Assembly (NCBI GenBank): GCA_019192455.1
Contig: JAHCML010000006.1
Span: 25-64,024 of the forward strand
Origin: Alphaproteobacteria bacterium SS10
Lineage (GTDB): Bacteria; Pseudomonadota; Alphaproteobacteria; TMED2
DNA: 64,000 nt
Direction: 5' to 3'
The stretch's first letter is position 1; each line of letters starts with the position of its first letter. Of this stretch, positions 1 through 9,249 are shown one piece after another. A program made the position numbers and the translations under genes. The notes beneath the pieces are model-generated. The model was given only the letters and a program-made list of their open reading frames with translations. It ran no database searches and had not been told where the DNA came from.

Positions 1-166
1 AAGAGCACCTATGGTGAGCCAGGTGCCACCTTGCGTCTCGACATTGATCGCACCACCCACCCAGCATGGGTCGGCGGTAGCCAGCGCGCACGGGAAGGTG
101 GCCAGCTGGCCAAGTTCCGCGATCGTTTTGCTGGTTTTGGTCTGGAAACCTAATAGGTTCCAGGGC

Positions 167-598
167 TTACGCCCGCATTTCTTGATCAAGCCGTGAAATG
201 CGCAGATAGAGCGCGCGGCTGCGATCCATCAAATTGGCCAGGCGGTCTGGGGTGAAGTCCCGGTCCGCCTGTTCTCTTTCCAGGGTATCGGCATCGCCGC
301 CGGGCATCGCCCCATCGGTGGGCAGGGCATATTCCTCACTCTGCAGCGCCTCGGCCGGGATTTCACCGGCGGCCACCGCCTTACTCGCCATTAGCCAGGC
401 CATTATCTGGGTCAACCGTGCCGTTACCTGCATAGTGTAATGGCTCAACCGCAGCCGCTGCTCTGGCTTAAGGTCACTACCCAACTCCCGATAACTCTTC
501 GCGAAGTCTTTCGCATCGAGAAGCATCTCCATCGCCTCATCATAGGCGCTGTCGAGGGGCAGCATGCTTGCCGCTGCTGGTTGATCTGTATCCGCCAT
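167..598 (-). CDS. DUF1465 family protein (RcdA-like, regulator of CtrA degradation family)
   Basis: 143-aa ORF with ATG at 596-598. The conserved 'QIMAWLMASKA' core is typical of alphaproteobacterial DUF1465 proteins. Family assignment is from memory. Confidence 0.6.
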   Translation of the reverse strand: MADTDQPAAASMLPLDSAYDEAMEMLLDAKDFAKSYRELGSDLKPEQRLRLSHYTMQVTARLTQIMAWLMASKAVAAGEIPAEALQSEEYALPTDGAMPGGDADTLEREQADRDFTPDRLANLMDRSRALYLRISRLDQEMRA

Positions 599-775
599 GA
601 AGGCTCCTTCCGCACAGCTTACCCGGGGCGTTGGTTGGGCCTGTTCTGATCACAAATGATCGGGCCAAAGATTGCGCCCAGCCTACGATGGCCAAACGGT
701 GATTGATAGCGTGGCAACGGTTAAGGATCCCGAAATTCAAGGCCGCAAAAGGCCAACCGGGTTTCATGGGCCCAC

Positions 776-808
776 CCTTGAAAAGCCAAAAATCCTCACT
801 TTATCTAG
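776..808 (+). promoter_or_regulatory. Candidate sigma-32 (RpoH)-type heat-shock promoter upstream of hsp20
   Basis: CTTGAAA at 777-783 and TTTATCT (YTATNT-like) at 800-806, about 19 nt apart. This would give a ~100-nt leader before hsp20. Match to the alphaproteobacterial sigma-32 consensus (CTTG-N17-18-CYTATNT) is imperfect. Confidence 0.3.
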
Positions 809-912
809 CGTGTAGGCGATGCCGCTTAGCGGGTCGTGACTACACACCAAATGACCGGTGCCGAATGGTCGGGCCGGCCTTAAAACTTTGCTTCTTATGA
901 AGGAGGTTACCC

Positions 913-1386
913 ATGCGTACCTACGATCTATCCCCCCTATTCCGTTCCACCGTTGGATTCGACCGGCTCAACCGCATGCTGGAAAGCGCGGCTGGCCTTG
1001 ATGAGGCCCCATCCTACCCCCCCTACAACATTGAGCGGCTGGGTGAGAATGATTACCGGATCACCATGGCGGTCGCTGGCTTTGGCCGCGACGACATCGA
1101 CATCACGGTGAAAGAGCATTCCCTGACTGTCACCGGCAAAGGGAAGAACACCGGCAATTCTGACGGCGTTACCTACCTACATCGCGGCATTGCGAACCGT
1201 TCGTTTGAGCGGCGGTTTGACCTCGCCGAGCATATTGAGGTGGTCGATGCCGACCTTACCGATGGCATGCTGAACATCACGCTTCAGCGTGTGGTGCCAG
1301 AGGCGCTGAAGCCTCGCACTATTGAGATCAAAACCGACACCCCACAAAAGGTGCTCGACAATGATGGCGGCAAAAAAGCTGCCTAA
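913..1386 (+). CDS. Small heat shock protein, Hsp20/alpha-crystallin family (IbpA-like)
   Basis: 157-aa ORF. Strong SD 'gaaggagg' sits 6 nt upstream of the ATG. Alpha-crystallin domain pattern is present (…YNIERLGENDYRITMAVAGF…DGMLNITLQR). Confidence 0.9.
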   Translation: MRTYDLSPLFRSTVGFDRLNRMLESAAGLDEAPSYPPYNIERLGENDYRITMAVAGFGRDDIDITVKEHSLTVTGKGKNTGNSDGVTYLHRGIANRSFERRFDLAEHIEVVDADLTDGMLNITLQRVVPEALKPRTIEIKTDTPQKVLDNDGGKKAA

Positions 1387-1407
1387 TCATCGATAAGCTA
1401 GAGACAG

Positions 1408-1438
1408 AAACGCCCGGGTCATGCCCGGGCGTTTTTCG
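1408..1438. terminator. Bidirectional rho-independent terminator between convergent hsp20 and the hydrolase gene
   Basis: Perfect 8-bp GC stem cgcccggg / cccgggcg with loop tcatg. Flanked by AAA upstream and TTTTT downstream, so it reads as a terminator on both strands. Confidence 0.7.
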
Positions 1439-1459
1439 TTGATCTCATGCCGTCGACTA

Positions 1460-2275
1460 TCAGGCCACGAGCCCATCGATCATGGCGTCCAGGGTGTCAT
1501 CTGGTGCCTCAATCATGACCATATGGCCGATACCTTGAAGCGTGGTGACCTTGGCCCCGCCAGGCACAGCTTCCATCGCTTTCGCCAGTTTCTGCCCTGC
1601 GCGGGCCGGGGTCATCTTGTCCTCAGTGCCTAGAACCAGGAAAGCGGGCTGGCTAACCGCCGCTGCCTTATCCATGCCACCTGAAAAATCGTTGCAGGCT
1701 TTGAGGTCGTGATAGAGCACCCCGGAAGAGGCACCGATAGTGTTCTGCATCAGACGCTGACCACCGCCCAGCATCCATAGGCCGGGACCACGATGGCCAC
1801 CGAACTGCCCCGGCGGGCCAAAGCCCCAACCGGTGACCATATCGATCGCCTCTTGCTTATCCTCAGCCGCCGCATCTAAGAGCGCCTGGTTCACCGGCAT
1901 ATCCGCTGCCGTACCAACCAACCCAATTGCCGATACATGCTCTGGTTTCCGGGCTGCCAAATCCAGTGCGATGAGAGAGCCCATGGAGTGCCCAATCATG
2001 GCGCCCTGATCGATGCCAAGGGCCGCCATGGCACTAACAATCCAATCGCCCATCGCCTCAATCGAGGTTAATGCGGGCCCCTCACTCTTGCCATGCCCGG
2101 GCAGGTCCAGCGCCAGCACGTTGCGACCACGATGGGCAAAGTAGCGGGTCTGCAGCGCCCAAACGGAATGGTCCATGCCAGCACCGTGAATGAACACCAC
2201 GGTTGGCTGCCCCTTCACAAGGTCACGACCGCCAGTGGCCGCGAAGGCCTGCTTGTTATCAACCTCAAACAACAT
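1460..2275 (-). CDS. Alpha/beta-fold hydrolase
   Basis: 271-aa ORF with nucleophile elbow GHSMG (…MIGHSMGSLIALDLAARKPEHV…). ATG confirmed at 2273-2275. Confidence 0.85.
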   Translation of the reverse strand: MLFEVDNKQAFAATGGRDLVKGQPTVVFIHGAGMDHSVWALQTRYFAHRGRNVLALDLPGHGKSEGPALTSIEAMGDWIVSAMAALGIDQGAMIGHSMGSLIALDLAARKPEHVSAIGLVGTAADMPVNQALLDAAAEDKQEAIDMVTGWGFGPPGQFGGHRGPGLWMLGGGQRLMQNTIGASSGVLYHDLKACNDFSGGMDKAAAVSQPAFLVLGTEDKMTPARAGQKLAKAMEAVPGGAKVTTLQGIGHMVMIEAPDDTLDAMIDGLVA

Positions 2276-2281
2276 GGCCGC

Positions 2282-3604
2282 TTACCCTTTCAACGCGGCG
2301 CGCAGGCCGTTCTTAAGGTCGGTGATGATGTCGTCTGCATCCTCAAGGCCCACGGATAGGCGGATCATCTCTTCACCGATACCGGCCTTCTGCAGCTGCT
2401 CTGGCCCCATCTGGCTATGGGTCGTGCTGGCCGGGTGAATGACCAGGGTCTTGGCATCGCCAACATTGGCCAGGTGGGAGACAAGCCGCAGCGCCTCAAT
2501 AAACCGGCGACCGGCAGCACGGGCATCGCCATCAGCACCGGCCTGGATGCCAAAGCTGACCACCGAGCCCGCACCTTTCGGCAGCAGCTCTTGCGCCAGT
2601 TTGTGATCCGGGTGGTCAGGCATGGTTGGGTGCCAGACCCAGGCCACACCCTTCTCATCCGCCATCGCCTTGCTCAAAAACTCGATCACCTTAGCGGTAT
2701 TGGATTGGTGGCGTTCCATTCGCACCGGCAAGGTCTCAATGCCTTGCAGCAGGGTGAAGGCCGCATGGGGGTTCAGCGCTGGGCCAATATCGCGGAGGCC
2801 CTCAGCACGGGCGCGCATGCAGAATGCCTGGGGTCCAAACTCTTCCCAGAAATTGAGGCCGTGATAGCCGGCGTAGGGCTCGGTCAGGGTTGGGAACTTA
2901 CCGCTCGCCCCCCAATCAAAGGTACCACCATCAACCAGCGCACCACCCATGGAGACGCCATGGCCACCCATCCATTTAGTCAGCGAGTGAACCACTAAAT
3001 CAGCCCCCAGCGAGATTGGTCGCTGCAGGTAAGGCGTCACAAAGGTTGCATCGACCATCAGCGGAAGGCCGGCATCATGGGCAACTTCTGACAGGGTCGG
3101 GATGTTACTAACCTCGAGCCCCGGGTTACCGATAGATTCCGTGTAGACTAATCGCGTCTCTGGCTTAATCGCCGCCTTAAAGCCCTCAATATCATGGGGG
3201 TGGACGAAGGTGGTCGTGATGCCAAAGCGGGGCAGCGTGTGGGTAAAGAGGTTATGCGTCCCACCGTAGAGCGCATGGGATGACACGATGTGCCCTCCCT
3301 GGCCCATCAGGGTCATGATGCCAAGGAACAGGGCGGCGTGACCCGTCGCAGTACAGACCGCACCAACACCGTGATCTAGGGCGGCAACACGTTCTTCCAA
3401 CACTGCAACGGTCGGGTTTGAGATGCGGGAATAGATGTGGCCAGCACGCTCAAGATTGAACAAGGCCGCGGCATGATCCGCATCCCGGAACACATAAGAG
3501 GCGGTCTCATAAATCGGGACGGCGCGTGCACCATGCACCGGGTCTGGGCGCTGGCCCGCATGCAGGCTCAGTGTCTCCATTTTGAGGAATTGGTTGGCGG
3601 TCAT
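2282..3604 (-). CDS. metY: O-acetylhomoserine aminocarboxypropyltransferase / sulfhydrylase (PLP-dependent, Cys/Met metabolism family)
   Basis: 440-aa ORF. The N-terminus (…ETLSLHAGQ…ETASYVF…) and overall pattern are typical of MetY. ATG at 3602-3604. Confidence 0.88.
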   Translation of the reverse strand: MTANQFLKMETLSLHAGQRPDPVHGARAVPIYETASYVFRDADHAAALFNLERAGHIYSRISNPTVAVLEERVAALDHGVGAVCTATGHAALFLGIMTLMGQGGHIVSSHALYGGTHNLFTHTLPRFGITTTFVHPHDIEGFKAAIKPETRLVYTESIGNPGLEVSNIPTLSEVAHDAGLPLMVDATFVTPYLQRPISLGADLVVHSLTKWMGGHGVSMGGALVDGGTFDWGASGKFPTLTEPYAGYHGLNFWEEFGPQAFCMRARAEGLRDIGPALNPHAAFTLLQGIETLPVRMERHQSNTAKVIEFLSKAMADEKGVAWVWHPTMPDHPDHKLAQELLPKGAGSVVSFGIQAGADGDARAAGRRFIEALRLVSHLANVGDAKTLVIHPASTTHSQMGPEQLQKAGIGEEMIRLSVGLEDADDIITDLKNGLRAALKG

Positions 3605-3892
3605 TGGAACCCCACTCTTGGCTTGTTCGATGTTGCCCGCACGCTAGGCGGCAGGGGGCAACAGCGTCAAGCACAGACCAGCGAAACCAACCTGGGGACC
3701 ATGCAGCGAACGTCAGAGGGGGTAGGACGACGCACCATGATCCTTGGGGGTGCAGGAGGGGGGATAATGCCAACCACGGCGCGTCGTCTGATCACAGGCT
3801 AAGACGCAACCCATTGATGATTGGTAAATCACCACACGAAAAAGGCCGGAATGTAAGGCTGGGGTACTCAGCGGGCCGTTTGAGTGCCTTGT

Positions 3893-4540
3893 CTAGGCAG
3901 CGCCGATCTGCTCATGCGGCGGACCAAAGGATTGGAAGCGGAGGCGTCGCTCATCCTCATTGTCTTCCGGTGGGTTGTCCCGCAGCTCTTCATACTCAGC
4001 CAGGGTGGTCTTATGACCCGACCATTGCTGGTCATCCAAGACGGGGAGGTCATCCGTTGCCACGGCCAGCTGAGGCGCCAAGGTGTTAAAGAGGCGGAAG
4101 ACAGCCGCATAGCAAAGTTTCGCCATATCATAGCGATCGGCACCGGCCGGTACCTCAAAACGCTCAACGCCGATAATCGGCCCTGCATCAACCAGCGCCT
4201 CAACCTTATGCGAGGTCGCACCAAACCACCGGGCCTTACGATAAACACCCCAAGCCTCTGGATAGCGGCCAGGGAAATTTGGTGGGCCGGGGTGGAAGTT
4301 GTAGGCGGTCTTCTTGAACTTATTCAGCAGGTCACGCTTGATAATCACACCGGTGGTGAAAGCAATCACCCGTGCCTCATAACCCGTCTGCTTAGAGAGA
4401 TGCTCAAGCTCTTCATGAGTCTCGGCATGGTGCAGCTTAACCTTTGGGTTCAGCTTGGCCAGATGGTTTGCCAGCGCTTTGTATTCGCGGCTGCCGGTGA
4501 GGAGGATGATATCGGTCAACATGATGCCGCTAGCAACCAT
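3893..4540 (-). CDS. Formyl transferase family protein (N-terminal Fmt/PurN-like domain)
   Basis: 215-aa ORF. The 'NFHPGPPNFPGRYPEAWGVY' region resembles the formyl transferase core (…HPSLLP…G). The overlapping 235-aa plus-strand ORF is low complexity and was rejected. Confidence 0.55.
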   Translation of the reverse strand: MVASGIMLTDIILLTGSREYKALANHLAKLNPKVKLHHAETHEELEHLSKQTGYEARVIAFTTGVIIKRDLLNKFKKTAYNFHPGPPNFPGRYPEAWGVYRKARWFGATSHKVEALVDAGPIIGVERFEVPAGADRYDMAKLCYAAVFRLFNTLAPQLAVATDDLPVLDDQQWSGHKTTLAEYEELRDNPPEDNEDERRLRFQSFGPPHEQIGAA

Positions 4541-4598
4541 ATCCGTATCCCGGGTTCAACCGAGAAACCGATAATGGTGTCGACTTTCTGATAACGGT

Positions 4599-5894
4599 TT
4601 ATGGAAGCGCGCGGCGTTGGACCGGTGCTTCTTCACCTGGGGCGACAGGCTCGGCCCCGTTCTCGCCCAACCGAACTGTGGGCAAACGTTTCGGCTGATC
4701 ACCCAGTGCTTCAGCAGCAGCGCCGCGCAGGCGGCCCCAACGATCATTATCGTTGCCGTTCTGATCAGGCTCGCCGCCCTCATTCGGGCCCATAACCAGC
4801 TTGGATCGGCCAAGATGCTCAATCGGGTTAGCCCAGTTGGCTTCCCAGGTGCTCTTCTTCCCGACCTGCGGCGCATCTTCCTGCAGCCAAGCATCAGCAG
4901 CGCGGCGGCCCAACATCTTGAGATCTTTTAAGAAGCTAGGGCCCGTATTGCTCTTCGCTGTACGGCTGTACCGGCGCATTTGTTCGGCATCAATGATGCG
5001 GTGCATGCGTTGTGGGCGCACATCTTTCGTGGGCTTCAACATGCCGGCATCAAACAAGTGATTCAGCTGCTCAATGGCGCGTAGCTCGGCAACCAGCGCC
5101 GAGTTGAACATCAGCCTGTTTGCCGTATTCGCAATATCGCTTTTGCTGGTTGGTTTATCATCCAACCGGAACGAATTGATCTGAACTAAGACAATATCGT
5201 CGGTGTCATCAAAACGGAGCGCTTCCAGGGGTGGGTTAACCATGTACCCGCCATCCCAGAAATACTCGCCGTTGATCTCAACGGGATGGAAAACGTCAGG
5301 CAAGGTTGCCGACGCCATAACCGCATCAACGGAAATTTCATCCCCGTGGAAAACCTTTGGCTTGCCCTTGGTGACATTGGTGGCACCAACGAAAAGCCGG
5401 TCGCTTCCCTCTTTGCTCAAAGCATCGCGAAGCACATCGAAATCGATCGTGTCTTCCAGCAAGTCGCGAAGCGGGTTTTGGTTCAGCGGGTTGAACTGTT
5501 GGGGTGACAGCACGCCCTGCCACATCTCAATCCATTGATGGACCGGGTTGTGATCCAGATCCGGGCTGCCCGTTAGTTGGGTTGAGATCTCATGCAGCGT
5601 GCTGAGAATGTTGCGCCGGGACACGCCCGTCCAGAAATCGTCGAGAAGCTTGCGCGTCCCCTCTGGGCCTAGAGTTTCAAGCCCGTAGACCAGAACCGCG
5701 GCGTTCATGGCGCCTGCGCTGGTGCCACTAACGGATTTGATATTGATCTCGCCGTTTATCTGCGCTTCCAGCAGGCGATCAATCACCCCCCAGGTGAAGG
5801 CACCATGGGAGCCACCGCCCTGCAGTGCGAGGTTTACGTCGCGCGCTGTGCTTGGCTTATCGGCGATCGCCTTGCGGACTGTCTTGCGCTTCAT
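4599..5894 (-). CDS. Patatin-like phospholipase family protein
   Basis: 431 aa. Glycine-rich oxyanion loop 'LALQGGGSHGAF' and serine lipase motif 'GTSAG' (VSGTSAGAMNA) are present. ATG at 5892-5894. Confidence 0.85.
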   Translation of the reverse strand: MKRKTVRKAIADKPSTARDVNLALQGGGSHGAFTWGVIDRLLEAQINGEINIKSVSGTSAGAMNAAVLVYGLETLGPEGTRKLLDDFWTGVSRRNILSTLHEISTQLTGSPDLDHNPVHQWIEMWQGVLSPQQFNPLNQNPLRDLLEDTIDFDVLRDALSKEGSDRLFVGATNVTKGKPKVFHGDEISVDAVMASATLPDVFHPVEINGEYFWDGGYMVNPPLEALRFDDTDDIVLVQINSFRLDDKPTSKSDIANTANRLMFNSALVAELRAIEQLNHLFDAGMLKPTKDVRPQRMHRIIDAEQMRRYSRTAKSNTGPSFLKDLKMLGRRAADAWLQEDAPQVGKKSTWEANWANPIEHLGRSKLVMGPNEGGEPDQNGNDNDRWGRLRGAAAEALGDQPKRLPTVRLGENGAEPVAPGEEAPVQRRALP

Positions 5895-6175
5895 GCGCGC
5901 ACCCCGCCTGTCGCGGGCTGGTTGATGCCGGATGGCTCAACTGAGATTCCTGGTGCGCCAATAGCCACTGGGTGGGCTTCCTTGCGGATCCGCGTTTCCT
6001 CCAACATCCAAATCAGCGCGAGATCGAACGCGATAAGGATGGTCTGCCAGGCCGGTTATTTTTTTGTGGGGGTAGGCCCGGGCCGACAGTCCCTACAACC
6101 TATCGGGCTAAGATGAAAGAGCGCATGATCAAGCCCAGCAATCACGCAAAAATGTGAACAAAGGCGAGGGCCAAA

Positions 6176-6361
6176 TCAGCTTTTGAAAAAGGCGTCGGCC
6201 GCTGATTTTTGCGAGCGTTTCTTGGTGATCTCTGCCTCCAGCCGCTCAATCTCAGCCTTGAACTCTTCAACCATCTCTTCCAACTCACCGACTGAGACGG
6301 TGTCTAACGGCATGCCAACGGTGAGGGTTGGCTTCGGCTTTGGCGGTTCATCCCAGCTCAT
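6176..6361 (-). CDS. DUF1192 family small protein
   Basis: The track ORF is 94 aa. The conserved part starts at internal ATG 6359-6361 (MSWDEPPKPK…LSVGELEEMVEEFKAEIERLEAEI…AADAFFK) and matches the ~60-aa alphaproteobacterial DUF1192 pattern. Confidence 0.6.
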   Translation of the reverse strand: MSWDEPPKPKPTLTVGMPLDTVSVGELEEMVEEFKAEIERLEAEITKKRSQKSAADAFFKS

Positions 6362-6530
6362 GGATCGCGAGTCCTGTTGTTCATATTGGTCATCTGACGT
6401 CGAGAAACTTGATCTTATCGTCGTAGATGTCGATAACAACCGCCATCCATGACAGCTCAACCAAGCGCTGTTTTAGCGTAAGCCGGTGGCACCCCCGCCG
6501 GCGGCCCTGGAATTTGAAGGAATGACAGCA

Positions 6531-7118
6531 ATGTCCAAACCACTTATGCCGAAAGCGACGGCCGTTTGGCTGGTCGACAATACGACCCTGACCTTTGATC
6601 AGGTTGCGGCATTCTGTGAGCTACACCCGCTGGAAGTGCAGGCCATCGCCGATGGTGATGTGGCCGGTGGCATTAACGGCGCCGACCCAATTGCCAATGG
6701 CACCCTGACCGCTGAAGAGATTAAGCGCTGTGAGGAAGATCGCGCGAACCGCCTGGTGATTGCCAAGCGTGACCTGCCCAAGCCATCCAGCCGACCAAAG
6801 GGTCCGAAATACACCCCGGTTGCCAAGCGCGGTGATAAGCCCGATGGCATTGCCTGGTTGGTGAAATTCCACCCTGAGCTGAAGGACAGCCAGATCGGCC
6901 GCCTGATTGGCACCACCAAGCCAACGATCACCGCCGTTCGTGAGCGGACCCACTGGAACAGCCAGAACATCAAGCCACGCAATCCGGTTCTCCTAGGCCT
7001 TTGCACCCAGGCAGACATGGATAAAGAGGTGATCAAATCCGGTGGCAAGACGGATGCTGAGCAGCCACCAGAAGATAAGATCGATAACTATGTTGAGGAT
7101 GTGCCGATCGATTACTAA
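6531..7118 (+). CDS. DUF1013 family protein
   Basis: The track ORF starts with GTG at 6486. ATG 6531 (MSKPLMPKATAVWLVDNTTLTFDQVAAFC…) has SD 'gaagga' 9 nt upstream. This N-terminus is typical of conserved alphaproteobacterial DUF1013 proteins. Confidence 0.65.
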   Translation: MSKPLMPKATAVWLVDNTTLTFDQVAAFCELHPLEVQAIADGDVAGGINGADPIANGTLTAEEIKRCEEDRANRLVIAKRDLPKPSSRPKGPKYTPVAKRGDKPDGIAWLVKFHPELKDSQIGRLIGTTKPTITAVRERTHWNSQNIKPRNPVLLGLCTQADMDKEVIKSGGKTDAEQPPEDKIDNYVEDVPIDY

Positions 7119-7164
7119 TCGGCACTTGGCCCCTAAACGGGCCTGAAAATTCGATCCAGAAAAG

Positions 7165-7192
7165 CAAATGGCCGGTCTCCGAACCGGCCATA
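7165..7192 (-). terminator. Rho-independent terminator downstream of the minus-strand DUF465 gene
   Basis: Hairpin ggccggt-ctccga-accggcc at 7170-7189. On the minus strand it is followed by the U-rich tract 'atttgcttttctgg'. Confidence 0.45.
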
Positions 7193-7225
7193 GGCTTATC
7201 TAAACCTAGTCTTGAGCGATGCCCG

Positions 7226-7393
7226 TCAATGGGTCCCTAGCCGCTCTATCTCATCTTTAATTCGGAGCTTTTCGCGTTTTAGTCGACGGACCGTCGTGCT
7301 GTTTGGCCATGGGCGCTGTACTTCCGAGGATAGTTCCTGATCCACCACAGAGTGCCGTGACCGCAGAGTCTCGATCCGTTGAGCAATCGACAT
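7226..7393 (-). CDS. DUF465 (YdcH-like) family small protein
   Basis: Start moved to internal ATG 7391-7393 (MSIAQRIETLRSRHSVVDQELSSE…LKREKLRIKDEIERL). This is the classic DUF465 signature. Confidence 0.6.
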   Translation of the reverse strand: MSIAQRIETLRSRHSVVDQELSSEVQRPWPNSTTVRRLKREKLRIKDEIERLGTH

Positions 7394-7694
7394 TACGCGC
7401 CTCCTTCTCGTTGTTGACGACAGTTTATTCTTGCTGGCGCGGACGCGCCTGGATGGCATTTGTTTCCCGCAAAGACCATCTTGCGAAATAGTATAGCTAC
7501 AGATTGGGTATCGACGCCATATTCACAATGGCGACTCGGCTTTTCGCACCCGCGAAGGATTGGGGATAAGCTGTGGATGGAATCCAGGCGCAAGCAGCTG
7601 GACCGCTGCCTTAACAGGCGCAGATGCCCATTGCTGCACCGCCCAATACGACCGGGATTACAGCAAGATATAGCAAAAAATTAGCGGGACTGAT

Positions 7695-8810
7695 TTAGCC
7701 AGTTTCGGCCAGTGGCTTTGATGGCGCCATATCACCCAGGCAGATACCAAGGCCACGGGCGGTCTGTACTAGGCCGCTTTCTGGGTCGACAGCTTGGTAA
7801 TGGGCGATGGCATCTTCGATGGCCACATCTATCACCTGACGGTTTTGCCAAGCGACCATGCGGTCCTCTTTACCCTCGGCGATAAGGTCGACGGCGCGGG
7901 TACCAAAGGCACTGGCAATCATCCGATCCTGCCAGCTTGGCTGGCTGCCACGTTGAACGTGGCCGAGGACGGTAACCCGGGTCTCTGCGCCAGTAGCGGC
8001 GGCAATCTTCTCACCCAGATAATCACCGATGCCGCCCAGGCGACGCTCACCGCCGGTGTACTCGACTTCCAGCTTCTCGCCCTCAACGGTTTCAATCGCC
8101 TCAGACACGACAACCAGTGAGAAGTTCCGGCCACGCTGGCGGACTTGCGCGATCTTCTCGGCAATATGCTCAAGCTTGTATGGGATCTCTGGGATAAGGA
8201 TCACATCTGCACCACCGGCGATACCGGCGGATAGGGCGATGTGACCGGCGTCACGGCCCATCACCTCAAGCACCATCACACGGTCGTGGCTGGCAGCGGT
8301 TGGCTGCAGACGGTCCATTGCTTCGGTCGCAACGGAAACTGCGGTATCGAAGCCAACGGAAACTTCCGTCAGGCCAAGATCGTTATCAATGGTCTTTGGA
8401 ATACCAATCAGCTTAATGCCACCTTGCTGGGCCAGCTGACGCAGGATGGCGAGGCTACCATCGCCACCGATGCCAATCAGGCTATCGAGGCCAAGCTCTT
8501 TAAAGCCCTCAATGATCTCACCAGAACGGTCCTTCTTGCTGCCATCAGGCATTGGGAAGGCAAAAGGGTTACCCTTGTTGGTGGTGCCGAGAATGGTCCC
8601 ACCGAGGCGCATAACATGGCCATCAAAGTCACGGATGTTCAGGTTCTCATGCCGCGTTGGGCGGTCGAGGAGGCCGGCGGTGCCGTTATGAAGGCCAATC
8701 ACATCCCAACCATAATGGTAGGCGCGATACACCACGGCGCGGATCACCGCGTTCAAACCGGCGCAATCGCCACCACTGGTCAAAATTCCGATGCGTTTCG
8801 GGGCCGACAT
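7695..8810 (-). CDS. pfk: 6-phosphofructokinase (PFK-A family; may be PPi- or ATP-dependent)
   Basis: 371 aa. N-terminus 'RIGILTSGGDCAGLNAVIRAVV' and the 'GGDGS' motif are present. ATG at 8808-8810. Confidence 0.9.
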   Translation of the reverse strand: MSAPKRIGILTSGGDCAGLNAVIRAVVYRAYHYGWDVIGLHNGTAGLLDRPTRHENLNIRDFDGHVMRLGGTILGTTNKGNPFAFPMPDGSKKDRSGEIIEGFKELGLDSLIGIGGDGSLAILRQLAQQGGIKLIGIPKTIDNDLGLTEVSVGFDTAVSVATEAMDRLQPTAASHDRVMVLEVMGRDAGHIALSAGIAGGADVILIPEIPYKLEHIAEKIAQVRQRGRNFSLVVVSEAIETVEGEKLEVEYTGGERRLGGIGDYLGEKIAAATGAETRVTVLGHVQRGSQPSWQDRMIASAFGTRAVDLIAEGKEDRMVAWQNRQVIDVAIEDAIAHYQAVDPESGLVQTARGLGICLGDMAPSKPLAETG

Positions 8811-9021
8811 CTTGTTGCTTTCCTCGATTAATATTAGGCAAGCGCATTGTTAAACACTGCCGCTTTAGACTGGGCAGAGGGCGCGCCGCTTGGCTTGTAA
8901 GAGGGCGAGCCGGATGGGTCAACTGCCGAATGGCTTGATGGCCCCAAGGTTTAGCAGAACTGTTTCTGGCGTTTCGGCCGATTTTTCACTATATACCGGG
9001 CACCCTTTTTTAGAGCGCATC

Positions 9022-9249
9022 ATGACCCACCTAACGCCAATCGACACCACGGACGAGCAGGACAAAGTCCATGCCCGCCTCGAGGAACTACGGTCTGAGC
9101 ACCGCGACCTCGATGATGTGATTGAGCAGCTGAGCGCGGAAGGGCCGTTCAACCAGCTACAAATCCAGCGGCTTAAGAAGCGCAAGCTGATGCTGCGTGA
9201 TCTGATCGCCCGCCTGGAAGATAGCCTCGTCCCGGACATTATTGCGTGA
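9022..9249 (+). CDS. DUF465 (YdcH-like) family small protein, second copy
   Basis: Internal ATG 9022 ([13 protein letters not shown]…[22 protein letters not shown]). The LKKRKL…D…I motif is present. Its stop overlaps the purE start (GTGA). Confidence 0.55.
   Translation: MTHLTPIDTTDEQDKVHARLEELRSEHRDLDDVIEQLSAEGPFNQLQIQRLKKRKLMLRDLIARLEDSLVPDIIA

Noticed and set aside
11-196. 61-aa plus-strand ORF at the window start
   Set aside because: It is low complexity with no RBS or motif. It overlaps the region downstream of the DUF1465 gene and is likely non-coding.
3884-4591. 235-aa plus-strand ORF
   Set aside because: It is antisense to the formyltransferase-family gene, which carries a conserved motif. 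It has no recognisable features of its own.
8241-8831. 196-aa plus-strand ORF
   Set aside because: It lies entirely antisense within pfk. This is a typical high-GC shadow ORF.
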